Source of the DNA: a virus
Lineage: Duplodnaviria > Caudoviricetes
Length of the DNA: 38,859 nucleotides
Reading direction: 5' to 3' (one strand)
Virus record (IMG/VR): IMGVR_UViG_3300032318_002324
Location: 1 to 38,859 of that record
The notes beneath the pieces were generated by a model that worked only from the letters and a program-made list of their open reading frames with translations, was not told the origin of the DNA and ran no database searches. The first letter of the stretch is position 1. Every line of letters starts with the position of its first letter. Shown piece after piece: positions 7,475-16,314 of the stretch. The translations under genes were made by a program, and so were the position numbers.

Positions 7475-8108
7475 ACCTCCACCTATCATTCCAACGATAG
7501 AACCTCCTGTAACTCGCAAAACAGAGAGATCTATGATACCTCAAGTTGATATGCCAATTATCAACATGCCAGATACCACTATAAAGTATCCAGTGATCGA
7601 TGTTCCGACTCAAGAAGAGTTTGATGCTGCCGTAAGAGCAGAACAAAAAAAGAAAGAAGAAGAAAAAGAAGAAAAATCCAGAGGACTTCCAGATACTACA
7701 CCTACCCCCCAACTGCCCCCAGTTATTCAAACCCCTCAGGATAATCAGGTTATTTCCGATCAATCTACTACAAATACGAATTTAGGAGTGCCCGTCATTG
7801 AAGTACCAATCATCGGAGAAGTTCCAATTCCCCCAAAAGAACAGGTTATTCTTGCTGGCACCACTGCTACTGCTTCTGTTGCTGCGGCTATTATTGGCAA
7901 ATCTATGGTGGAATGGATGGTAGGTAAAATGAAACCTATCGTTCAACAAATATTCATAAGAGGCAAGAAACTCTTGAACAGAGACCTTACCCCCTATGAA
8001 TTGCAACTTTATTTTGCGGCAGAATTAGATAGAAAGAATCTCAAATTACTTAAAAAAGAATGGAAGAAAGAAAAGGTAAACCAATACAAAAAAGCACACG
8101 ATAAGTAA
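7443..8108 (+). CDS. Pro-rich protein with a C-terminal hydrophobic segment
   Basis: Pro-rich linker, charged stretch, AGTTATASVAAAIIG segment, basic tail. Confidence 0.75.
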   Translation: MEIKPIQIRSEPPPIIPTIEPPVTRKTERSMIPQVDMPIINMPDTTIKYPVIDVPTQEEFDAAVRAEQKKKEEEKEEKSRGLPDTTPTPQLPPVIQTPQDNQVISDQSTTNTNLGVPVIEVPIIGEVPIPPKEQVILAGTTATASVAAAIIGKSMVEWMVGKMKPIVQQIFIRGKKLLNRDLTPYELQLYFAAELDRKNLKLLKKEWKKEKVNQYKKAHDK

Positions 8109-8513
8109 TTACTTCTTACGTTTAGCAGACAGTTCATCAAAATCTTTCTTCTTTGTTCCACCATCATAAGTCCAAGCATATCCTTCAGAAATCATACGAT
8201 CATTAAGACATACATCATCAACATATAACCTTCCAAGAATTCTCCCATACTTTTCAGTTGAGTCTGGAAGTTCTGTTTTAATAAGAATATTTTTTTTACT
8301 ATCAAGATTTTTTTTCAACCATTCTTTGACTTCTAATCCAAGTGTTTTTTCTTTGAGATCGGTTGTACGACTTTCTGGAGTATCAACACCACTAAGGCGT
8401 ACTCGCTTAGTAAGAGAAATATCGAACCCAAGATCAATGTCCGCATCGATTGTGTCACCATCAACTACTCTTAATACTTGTTTTACTCTATAGATATATG
8501 GGTCTTTATCCAT
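8109..8513 (-). CDS. thermonuclease (staphylococcal nuclease-like)
   Basis: VVDGDTID, RVRLSGVDTPES and KYGRILG motifs. Confidence 0.9.
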   Translation of the reverse strand: MDKDPYIYRVKQVLRVVDGDTIDADIDLGFDISLTKRVRLSGVDTPESRTTDLKEKTLGLEVKEWLKKNLDSKKNILIKTELPDSTEKYGRILGRLYVDDVCLNDRMISEGYAWTYDGGTKKKDFDELSAKRKK

Positions 8514-8725
8514 TAGAATGGCAATTTAAACTTCTCAGTATTTAGTTTAGGAATAGGAAGTTTCTCAAATGCCTTTGATACTTGCTTCTCCACAACAGCA
8601 CCAACAAATGCTTCTGGATTATCTAGAATCTTTTGTGCCTTTTGATAAGTTACATAAGCACCATAACAAATTGCTCCACTAATGGTGAGACTTGTGATTG
8701 ATAGAATCAGACTCAGATGTTTCAT
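8513..8725 (-). CDS. small membrane-anchored protein
   Basis: N-terminal TM segment; coupled to its neighbours. Confidence 0.7.
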   Translation of the reverse strand: MKHLSLILSITSLTISGAICYGAYVTYQKAQKILDNPEAFVGAVVEKQVSKAFEKLPIPKLNTEKFKLPF

Positions 8726-8831
8726 TTTGCATCTCCAAATATGCTAGTCTTAATATGTAGTAAATTACATAGGCAGTAAATATCAAACCAGAACCAAGAA
8801 CTATAATAACTCCCCAAGGCAAATTACTCAT
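8679..8831 (-). CDS. small membrane protein (50 aa, not in ORF track)
   Basis: MSNLPWGVIIVLGSGLIFTAYVIYYILRLAYLEM... Confidence 0.6.
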   Translation of the reverse strand: MSNLPWGVIIVLGSGLIFTAYVIYYILRLAYLEMQNETSESDSINHKSHH

Positions 8832-9024
8832 TCCATCCCCCCTCTTGTTTGTGTATCCATACCTTTAAATCTTTCACATATTTTCTTAATATTTGTGCTT
8901 GTTCTTCATGCCAAAGATCACCCGTTTCCAATTGAAGACGGGTGTGATTGTCTATGGCTTTAAGAATTTGGTGAATTGGAGCATTCCAACATTCACGTTT
9001 GGGAGTATTCCACTCTCTTGGCAT
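8824..9024 (-). CDS. hypothetical phage protein
   Basis: ORF track; GAGG SD. Confidence 0.7.
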   Translation of the reverse strand: MPREWNTPKRECWNAPIHQILKAIDNHTRLQLETGDLWHEEQAQILRKYVKDLKVWIHKQEGGWNE

Positions 9025-9033
9025 AATACCTCA

Positions 9034-9138
9034 TTATTTCTTCTTACCACCGTTTTTTGCTTTTTTTGCTGTAGCATTACCTTGATTCTGTTTGGATCCA
9101 GCAGAACCTTTCTTACCTTTGTTTGCTGATTTTGCCAT
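9034..9138 (-). CDS. 34-aa Lys/Gly/Ala-rich basic peptide (not in ORF track)
   Basis: MAKSANKGKKGSAGSKQNQGNATAKKAKNGGKKK; TAATG overlap with the upstream stop. Confidence 0.6.
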   Translation of the reverse strand: MAKSANKGKKGSAGSKQNQGNATAKKAKNGGKKK

Positions 9139-9494
9139 TATGCCCCTGTGCGAGGTTGAACAAATCCTTCACCATCTTCTACTTTGGTTTCTAGTGCCTC
9201 AACTCTTGCTTCAAGAGTTTCTGGTGGTGCTTCAAGAGCAGGTGGTTCTGGTGGTGTTTCTACAAACTCTTCTCTTTTAGGTTCTTGTTTTTTTTCATCT
9301 TCATCATCTCCACCTTTCTTCATTGTATTAATACCAAAAGTAGCAGCAGATGCAGTGAAAACTGTCGCAATAAAGGTGGGATCCATCTTAGATAGAGCAC
9401 CCGAATAACTTGCGGTGAGAAGAGCAGCAGACCAACCCAAAATACATATACGAATTAGTTGTCCCATAGCATTTTCGTTTTTCTTGTTAGTCAT
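9138..9494 (-). CDS. two-TM membrane protein, candidate holin
   Basis: Two hydrophobic segments and a charged C-terminal tail, directly after the lysozyme. Confidence 0.55.
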   Translation of the reverse strand: MTNKKNENAMGQLIRICILGWSAALLTASYSGALSKMDPTFIATVFTASAATFGINTMKKGGDDEDEKKQEPKREEFVETPPEPPALEAPPETLEARVEALETKVEDGEGFVQPRTGA

Positions 9495-9512
9495 TGTAGT
9501 TTGTGATTGTGG

Positions 9513-10184
9513 TTAACCTTTTTTCCAAGATTCACCTTCTGCTTTTCTTCTACGAGCAAGTCCTGCTTCTACATTAGAACCAGGATTTCTGTAGAGGTAA
9601 AGCGCATCGGGAACTTTGTCCCATTCTTTATTCTTCAGTGTACGAGTAATAGTATTAAAGTTATCGCCACCATAAAACCCAGCACCAAGATTATAAGCAA
9701 AAGAAAGTAGGGCACCTCTTTTACCATCAGACATTTCATTCCAGTGTGGAATTTTACGAAGTGATGGAAGAAACTGGTTCTTACACTGACTAATCAGAAG
9801 TTCATCTGCTTCTTGTTGTGTAATTTGGTCTCCCATTTGGAATGCAGATCCATCTTTCTTGCGAGTTGAACCCCAACCAATTGTGATTGGAAGTCCACCT
9901 GAGAGAGGATCTGGATATGCTTTCAGATGGCATCCCTCGAACTCTTTGATTAATTTAAGGCCCATCATAGGCATATCGTCACCACCTGCTACGGGAGCGG
10001 CAACAGATGGTCCTGATGCTGGTGCCGCATTACCCTTTTTTCCTCTATAAATCTCTGCCCAATCTACATTATCTTCTAGATATTTGACTGGTAAATTATC
10101 TTCTAACCACTGAACTGCCTTGACATGGTTGGGGTTTTTCTCATCATAAAATTTGAAAAAGTTATGTAAATCAATTCTTGCCAT
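9513..10184 (-). CDS. phage lysozyme (GH24) with an extra N-terminal domain
   Basis: FEG...AYPD...TIGWG catalytic pattern, SFAYNLG, GLARRRKAE. Confidence 0.92.
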   Translation of the reverse strand: MARIDLHNFFKFYDEKNPNHVKAVQWLEDNLPVKYLEDNVDWAEIYRGKKGNAAPASGPSVAAPVAGGDDMPMMGLKLIKEFEGCHLKAYPDPLSGGLPITIGWGSTRKKDGSAFQMGDQITQQEADELLISQCKNQFLPSLRKIPHWNEMSDGKRGALLSFAYNLGAGFYGGDNFNTITRTLKNKEWDKVPDALYLYRNPGSNVEAGLARRRKAEGESWKKG

Positions 10185-10308
10185 TGTTTCCTCCGAAATA
10201 CTTTTGATAAAGGTCGTTTGCTTCTTTATGTTTTCCGTGATTTGTAAGATCTTTTATGATCTTAAGAATCTTTCTTTTAAAATCAATCGAAGATTCTTCC
10301 CCACCCAT
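10171..10308 (-). CDS. small hypothetical protein (45 aa, not in ORF track)
   Basis: MGGEESSIDFKRKILKIIKDLTNHGKHKEANDLYQKYFGG...; GGAGG SD; bridges the two hydrolase genes. Confidence 0.5.
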   Translation of the reverse strand: MGGEESSIDFKRKILKIIKDLTNHGKHKEANDLYQKYFGGNNGKN

Positions 10309-10954
10309 CGTTTCCTCCTGGGCACCAACGGTGCTTAAGAACTGCTTTGGTGTAGATAGTTTTCTTACCGTTTGTTACAGGACCAGTATAATTATCATTT
10401 AATGAACCATAAGGATCATTAATGTAATACCCCTTACCATCTGGTGTCTTACCAATGACTACACACATGTGCCCACCAGTAGGAGAAGATAGAGAACCAC
10501 GGTGCAAAATACCAATAACAACTGGTTTTCCTCTATCAAGACTCTTATCAATGTCAGCAAAAGAAAGATTGTAACTAAAGTGTGACTTAATACCATAACC
10601 TGCGAGAACCTTTGTCTGAACCGCATGGTCAGTTGTGTCACCAATCGCAAATACTTTTTTGACATATTCATCATCACCCTTGATGCTTCCTGGCTTGAGG
10701 AAAGCAAGGCACATAGCACACGATGAACTGTTACAAGTTCTATGAGCATCTCTGTAGTTATCTACTTGGTTGAAATATGGAACATCAAGAACTGCTGGGG
10801 TAGGTGGTTTGGTTCTAAACATTCCGATCCAATCGGTATCTGCGTCATCCATAAACTCAACAGGAAGGTTATCTTCTAACCATTGAACTGCTGCTACATG
10901 GTTTGCATTATTCTCATCATAATACTTAAAAAAGTTATGAAGATCTAAGGTCAT
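10283..10954 (-). CDS. C39-like cysteine peptidase
   Basis: VPYFNQ...TCNSSSCAM, GGHM and INDPYG (Cys-His-Asp). Confidence 0.88.
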   Translation of the reverse strand: MTLDLHNFFKYYDENNANHVAAVQWLEDNLPVEFMDDADTDWIGMFRTKPPTPAVLDVPYFNQVDNYRDAHRTCNSSSCAMCLAFLKPGSIKGDDEYVKKVFAIGDTTDHAVQTKVLAGYGIKSHFSYNLSFADIDKSLDRGKPVVIGILHRGSLSSPTGGHMCVVIGKTPDGKGYYINDPYGSLNDNYTGPVTNGKKTIYTKAVLKHRWCPGGNDGWGRIFD

Positions 10955-11048
10955 TTTGCCTCATCTATAACACTATTTTATTTAGATGATGATGCTTTTA
11001 CTAAAATCAAAAATAAAATAATTCCATAATAAGCAGCAAAATAATATA

Positions 11049-11210
11049 TCATCTATAATACTCCTGAATTTTATCCAGGACTTGATTGAGATATTTGTGT
11101 GCTAATCCTTTTGGGTCTGATCCATAACCAATCTGTTCTCTATACAACTGATCTTTTAACTTCTCAACATGACACCTAATTTCTTCTTTTGAAAATTCGT
11201 TTCTAGGCAT
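11049..11210 (-). CDS. small hypothetical protein (53 aa, not in ORF track)
   Basis: MPRNEFSKEEIRCHVEKLKDQLY...AHKYLNQVLDKIQEYYR; GGAG SD. Confidence 0.65.
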   Translation of the reverse strand: MPRNEFSKEEIRCHVEKLKDQLYREQIGYGSDPKGLAHKYLNQVLDKIQEYYR

Positions 11211-11276
11211 ATAATAAAAAATCTCCACCCATATTTAGAGCAGAGATAAGTAGGAATACTTAATTATGTTAGGGTC

Positions 11277-11384
11277 TCACCACACTCCAGGAATCACTTG
11301 CCCAGTCAGTGCATAGGCACCCATAGCAGCCATAATTCCAATCATAGCAAACCAACCATTAATACGTTCTGCTCGTTCGTTCAT
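11277..11384 (-). CDS. hli: high-light-inducible protein (35 aa, not in ORF track)
   Basis: AERINGWFAMIG...TGQVIPGVW HLIP motif; AAGGAG SD. Confidence 0.92.
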   Translation of the reverse strand: MNERAERINGWFAMIGIMAAMGAYALTGQVIPGVW

Positions 11385-11395
11385 TGTTTTTCTCC

Positions 11396-11482
11396 TTAGT
11401 AAGTTTCAGAAAGTTGATTGACAGAATGTGCAAGAAGCACAAAGAAAGTAATACTAGTAATAGTAAAAATTACTTCCCCCAT
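11396..11482 (-). CDS. 28-aa single-TM peptide between the hli genes (not in ORF track)
   Basis: MGEVIFTITSITFFVLLAHSVNQLSETY; TGATG coupling to hli. Confidence 0.55.
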   Translation of the reverse strand: MGEVIFTITSITFFVLLAHSVNQLSETY

Positions 11483-11691
11483 CAGATTACACCAAAAAAG
11501 AGGTGTCCAGTTGTCGCATAAGATACAAGTGCAGCAACAAATCCAAGCATAGCAACACGTCCATTCAGTTTTTCTGCACGTTCGTTATGAGTTTCAAGTG
11601 CATAACGTTCTGCATCAGATTGAGACACATACATTTTAGGTTCTTTAGCAAACATATTTTGTTGCCCGAACTCATTAGTTGTTACAGTCAT
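11482..11691 (-). CDS. hli: high-light-inducible protein
   Basis: NMFAKEP N-terminus and AEKLNGRVAMLG motif. Confidence 0.95.
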   Translation of the reverse strand: MTVTTNEFGQQNMFAKEPKMYVSQSDAERYALETHNERAEKLNGRVAMLGFVAALVSYATTGHLFFGVI

Positions 11692-11700
11692 TTACGTTTT

Positions 11701-11754
11701 GTTACGAAACATTACAAAAGTATATAGCAAAAAGAAAGGGGTGTCAAGCACCCA
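11701..11754 (-). promoter_or_regulatory. hli promoter with an HLR1-like (RpaB) direct repeat
   Basis: TTGACA(11747-11742)-17nt-TATACT; GTTACGAA-AC-ATTACAAA at 11701-11718 covers the expected start site. Confidence 0.65.
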
Positions 11755-11760
11755 ATTGTA

Positions 11761-12468
11761 TCAATTATCACTTTTCCTTTCTATCCTATATGCTCTTCCT
11801 GCTTCATCGAATCCATCAATTTCGATATATTCCGTTTCTTTATTAATATCATCATTTGGAACTAAACAAAGATATGGACCAGGTATTCTATCAGTATTAC
11901 TATAATTTCTATGACCAGAAATATGGTAATGTGCGGAAACAATTTGTTTGCCTGGATTTTTTAATTTATATCCTTGATCTGCCATTAATTTGGCAATTTT
12001 ATTATCACATCCAGGTTTACCTAAAGTAAATTCCATCTCATCAGTTGTTGTGATTGGAGTCTTAAACAACCAAACATCTTGAGACGATGAATTGTTAAAT
12101 GGAGCAATACACCATTCACCATTTTCACAAAATACTTCCCATCTAGTTAAAGCAAGAAAAACTTTATCCAAATCAGCATCTTTTACAACTGCAATACTAT
12201 CATCTAAGATAATATCTGCATTTGCAATTATGCAAATTTGATCTTTTAAATTTTTATTACAAAATTCAAAAAGATCTTTATAAGTAGGTCTTTCTTCTCT
12301 TTGAATTATTTCTATTTTATCTGATTTAAAATTTAATTTAGAATCATCAGAAATGAAAACATATATCTTTTCAATGTTTTCATTTTCCAAATTCTCGTGA
12401 ATACAAGTAAGATATTCACTATGTCTCTGATAATCAGGAGATCTAAAATATTCTATTAATAAATTCAT
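11761..12468 (-). CDS. glycosyltransferase-like protein (GT-A type)
   Basis: IIANADI, ALTRWE, SQDVW and GCDN motifs; island context. Confidence 0.6.
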   Translation of the reverse strand: MNLLIEYFRSPDYQRHSEYLTCIHENLENENIEKIYVFISDDSKLNFKSDKIEIIQREERPTYKDLFEFCNKNLKDQICIIANADIILDDSIAVVKDADLDKVFLALTRWEVFCENGEWCIAPFNNSSSQDVWLFKTPITTTDEMEFTLGKPGCDNKIAKLMADQGYKLKNPGKQIVSAHYHISGHRNYSNTDRIPGPYLCLVPNDDINKETEYIEIDGFDEAGRAYRIERKSDN

Positions 12469-13361
12469 TGAGTTTTAATCCAATCCATTAAATTTACTTG
12501 AGGTCTCCATCCAAAAATGGTTCTCAATTTTCCATTATTTGCAAGAGTAGTTCGTGACTCTCCAATTCTTGCTGGAATATTTATTTGATTTTCCGAAATG
12601 GCATTTGCAATTTCATTGATTGAGTAATTAATTCCATTACCTACATTATAAAGTTCTCCATAAAATTCACTATCAATATCTTTTGTAGCAGCAAGAATAT
12701 TTGCTTGAACTACATCAGATACGTGGGTAAAGTCCCTACGTTGTTCCCCATCCCCAACAATTGTAAGAGGTTCTCCATCTTTTCTTTGACGTAAGAAAAT
12801 ACCAATAACTGGAGCATATTGTCCTTTAATTGGTGATCTTTCACCATAAACATTAAAGTATCTAAAAATAACTGTTTTAAGACCAAATAAATCATTATAC
12901 ATTTTGCAGAGTTTTTCTCCTGCAACTTTAGATACTGAATAAGGATTCAAACAATCATCAGGTTGATTTTCATGATTGGGTGGTTTATTGTATCCATAAC
13001 CAGAAGATGTAGAAGAATAAATTACTTTTTTTACTCCTGCTTCTCTAGCACATTGAAGAACAGTACAAGTACCAACACAATTTTTTGTAACTGCTTCAAT
13101 TGGATTTAAAATTGCTGGTTGAATTCTAGATTCTGCAGCAAGATGAAAAACATAATCAACCTCCTCATATAGAGATCTAGTTTTTTTGTAATCACAAATA
13201 TCATACTTATAATTTTGTGATTTATCATTCCAATAAAATTCTTCATTGGATTCTGCACTTTCATTATCAATTGCAATAACTTCGTGCCCCTGTTTGATCA
13301 ATTCATCAACAAGAGTTGAACCAATAAATCCTGCTGCTCCCGTAACTAAACATTTAGTCAT
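12465..13361 (-). CDS. NAD-dependent nucleotide-sugar epimerase/dehydratase
   Basis: TGAAGFIG, YSVSK (YxxxK), RYFNVYG, RDFTHV. Confidence 0.93.
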   Translation of the reverse strand: MTKCLVTGAAGFIGSTLVDELIKQGHEVIAIDNESAESNEEFYWNDKSQNYKYDICDYKKTRSLYEEVDYVFHLAAESRIQPAILNPIEAVTKNCVGTCTVLQCAREAGVKKVIYSSTSSGYGYNKPPNHENQPDDCLNPYSVSKVAGEKLCKMYNDLFGLKTVIFRYFNVYGERSPIKGQYAPVIGIFLRQRKDGEPLTIVGDGEQRRDFTHVSDVVQANILAATKDIDSEFYGELYNVGNGINYSINEIANAISENQINIPARIGESRTTLANNGKLRTIFGWRPQVNLMDWIKTQ

Positions 13362-14109
13362 AATTTTCCGTCTCTGTTCTTTTAATCTTAATAGACTCGT
13401 AAATTTGTGTTTTTAATTTTGTGGAAGAATACTCATGAGATTCTCTATCCAACCAAACAATATTAATTGGAATGTTTTCTCCCGTATAAGGTCTGGTTTT
13501 ATAATCAGTGCCAAGAAACCTTACGTTATAATCACCACTTTTCAAATAGTCAAGATATTCTTCTTCTACTTTATAAGTAACCACATCATCAATATATTTG
13601 ATGCTTCTAAGAATCTCCGTCCTTTCTTCAACACTTTGAACTGGTTGAAGTTTATATGATCTTTCCACAGATGGATCTTCATGAAGAGCAACTGTCAAAT
13701 GATTACAATATAATTTAGCATCCTTAAACATACGAATATACCCAGGATGAATTATATCAAAAGCACTTGCAATAATACCTTTCTTTAATGGACGAGTTTT
13801 CTTCCATTCTTCAACATCAATACCTTTATCATCAATAAAAATGTCTGCAGTAGGTTTACAAAACATTGGAAATAGTTCGTGATATTTGTACCCCCATTCA
13901 TTCAATTGTTTTGCAGTCAATTCAGTCCAATCAATACCAGATCCTTTCCCTCTGGCAGTTTGCATAATGATATAGTTTCCTTCATCATATAAACAATTAA
14001 CCTGCTCAACCATAAACGGAATTGGTGTAGAATTTATATAATCAGGTTTTCCCAATTCATTATTAGGAGTGTTACAAAGAGTCCCATCAACATCAAAACA
14101 ATATCTCAT
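13354..14109 (-). CDS. fusion of a HAD phosphatase and a cytidylyltransferase-family nucleotidyltransferase
   Basis: FDVDGTL...TARG...KP.AD.FIDDK, then AFDIIHPGY...ER..IL..IKYID...YSST. Confidence 0.85.
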   Translation of the reverse strand: MRYCFDVDGTLCNTPNNELGKPDYINSTPIPFMVEQVNCLYDEGNYIIMQTARGKGSGIDWTELTAKQLNEWGYKYHELFPMFCKPTADIFIDDKGIDVEEWKKTRPLKKGIIASAFDIIHPGYIRMFKDAKLYCNHLTVALHEDPSVERSYKLQPVQSVEERTEILRSIKYIDDVVTYKVEEEYLDYLKSGDYNVRFLGTDYKTRPYTGENIPINIVWLDRESHEYSSTKLKTQIYESIKIKRTETENYD

Positions 14110-14113
14110 TGCA

Positions 14114-14866
14114 TTATTTTTTCTTAGTACACATAAAGTAATAAGAATTTGAATGATTTCTCATTCTAATTCTGAAATTATATTCATGAATATCAAAATA
14201 CTTACTCATAATTAAATCCCAAGGTTCCCTTGTTTCATAAACAGTTTTATGAAGAACATACAAATTGCCATTGGGATTAAATTTAGGATGATCTTGATGA
14301 TATCCTTTTTCGTCTCTGGTATCTAGAAATAAAGCAATGCTACCGAAAAATACACCATTTTCATCTAAATGATTGTATGCATTTTTAAAAAATTGATCTA
14401 ATTGATTTTCATGGAAATGTTCAATAACCTCCCATGAAGTAATTATATCAAATTTTATATCAATGCCGTTTTCATCTTGAATAAAAAATTCTTTAGTTAA
14501 GTCTGCATTTTTTAGAATTGTTTTATTGTTCTCATTATTCCAATTAGACTGTTTATAAACTCCACAACTACCATCCAATCCAACACAAATATTTGTTTCA
14601 GGAAACGAATTGGCATCTACAATAAATGCTCCTCCCCCACATCCCAAATCCAACCAATTAATTTTCTCATCATCGGTCAAATCAAATCTATCAATTGCTT
14701 CTTCAATTAAATCAATGTCTGTACTATTATCCTCTCCAGCGGAACAATTTAATTCTAAAGATTTCAAAGAAAAATTTTCATCAGATTCATATGAATCTAA
14801 ATGAATTTTATAGTCTGGTTCTTCGTAAGCAAACTTGCTATTAGTTTTAACAATAACTTCGGTCAT
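14114..14866 (-). CDS. class I SAM-dependent methyltransferase
   Basis: LDLGCGGG and FDIITSWEVIEH; the likely start is MTEVIVK. Confidence 0.85.
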   Translation of the reverse strand: MTEVIVKTNSKFAYEEPDYKIHLDSYESDENFSLKSLELNCSAGEDNSTDIDLIEEAIDRFDLTDDEKINWLDLGCGGGAFIVDANSFPETNICVGLDGSCGVYKQSNWNNENNKTILKNADLTKEFFIQDENGIDIKFDIITSWEVIEHFHENQLDQFFKNAYNHLDENGVFFGSIALFLDTRDEKGYHQDHPKFNPNGNLYVLHKTVYETREPWDLIMSKYFDIHEYNFRIRMRNHSNSYYFMCTKKK

Positions 14867-15369
14867 TAAATTACTCCATGTAAAAATATTTGATGAACAC
14901 ATTCAACAACACCGTAGTCAGTGCTATTAATATAGTAGTTCCAAATTGCATTAATTGAATGTGTTCTTAAACTGTTGTTGGGGTTAAACCCTGTGAGAAC
15001 CCCATAAGAAACTTTATTTTTCTCACACCATTCCTGTGAATTTAGCATATTTTTTGATTCTCCACCAGAGCTCATAATAATCACAAGAGTATCTTTTTCA
15101 ACATAATACTCCAAAAACTTCTGATATGCATTTTCATATCCAAAGTCATTGGTAAGCATTGTAAGCATTGAAGGATCAGAAAGAATAGAAACTTTCTTCC
15201 GATGAAACTTCATATAATCTTGCGAGATATGAGATGCTACAGAATTGCTGCCACCATTACCAAGAATAATAATTCTTTCATGAGCATCAAATGCCTTACA
15301 AAACTTTTCAAACTCCTCTTCAATATGAGCACCCTGAAGTGCATTAATGTATTCTACAAATGGATTCAT
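14866..15369 (-). CDS. gmhA: SIS-domain phosphoheptose isomerase
   Basis: GNGGS...ASH, NDFGYE, SSGGES.NM, E..H. Confidence 0.85.
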   Translation of the reverse strand: MNPFVEYINALQGAHIEEEFEKFCKAFDAHERIIILGNGGSNSVASHISQDYMKFHRKKVSILSDPSMLTMLTNDFGYENAYQKFLEYYVEKDTLVIIMSSGGESKNMLNSQEWCEKNKVSYGVLTGFNPNNSLRTHSINAIWNYYINSTDYGVVECVHQIFLHGVI

Positions 15370-16313
15370 AATTTAATTCCAGAAATTCCATTAGGTGTGA
15401 TATTTATTTTAACAGATTGATAGGAAATATTCAACTTTTCTTTCTCCGAAAATACAAGAAAAAATCCACCATTTCCAGCACCACATAATTTGTGTGCAAT
15501 AACAGTCTCATTTTTATTTAATTCAAAATCAATTTCTTTAATTATTGAATTTTCAGTAATAATAGAACTCGTTTTCTTTTTTTGAATCCAACTTTGGTTT
15601 AAATAATCTAGAAATTTTTTATAATTATTTTCCAATAATGAAGAGTAAGAATTCTCAAGAGTTTTTAAAAGTGGTTGGGATTTATCAATATTATTGGTTA
15701 CATCCTCTAAAACATTTTTGGAATTTCTTGTTACACCAGTAAAAACCAAATGAGTGTCATAAAAATCAAACAATTTTGTCGAAAGAAAATTATATTTTAC
15801 ATTTCCACCTTTAATAAATTCTATACGTTTAAATCCACCAATACCACACCCATATGGATCTTGATATCCACAATAAGGATTGAATTTTAATTCAAGTTCA
15901 TAAGCAAGTTTACAGATTTCAATATCTGTCATCTGTTGATTCAGAAATAAAATACATGACTTAATCAAACTAATAATATAAGAAGATGATGAAGCAAGAC
16001 CACTTCCTTGGGAATAAGCATCACTCGTAAGAGTGACTTGAATTGGAGGCATATTAAAATACTCCAAAACAACTCTTACCACATCATTTTGAATTTCTTG
16101 AATTGTAGAAACCTCTTCTCTACGAGAATAATTGATAATATATTTGTGTTGATCTTTATTAAATCCAAACTTATCTTGTGTGAGAGTTACGTATGTTTTC
16201 AAATCACAAGTAAAGCTAATAACAGATCCATATCCAAACTTATCAACAAAATGTGGATTATCAGTTGATCCACCAAATAAAGAAATTCTAAGGGGACATG
16301 AAGAAATAATCAT
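15366..16313 (-). CDS. hddA: GHMP sugar kinase, heptose-7-phosphate kinase-like
   Basis: PLRISLFGGSTD, GSGLASSS, GYQD, KLCGAGNGGF. Confidence 0.85.
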   Translation of the reverse strand: MIISSCPLRISLFGGSTDNPHFVDKFGYGSVISFTCDLKTYVTLTQDKFGFNKDQHKYIINYSRREEVSTIQEIQNDVVRVVLEYFNMPPIQVTLTSDAYSQGSGLASSSSYIISLIKSCILFLNQQMTDIEICKLAYELELKFNPYCGYQDPYGCGIGGFKRIEFIKGGNVKYNFLSTKLFDFYDTHLVFTGVTRNSKNVLEDVTNNIDKSQPLLKTLENSYSSLLENNYKKFLDYLNQSWIQKKKTSSIITENSIIKEIDFELNKNETVIAHKLCGAGNGGFFLVFSEKEKLNISYQSVKINITPNGISGIKL

Positions 16314-16314
16314 A

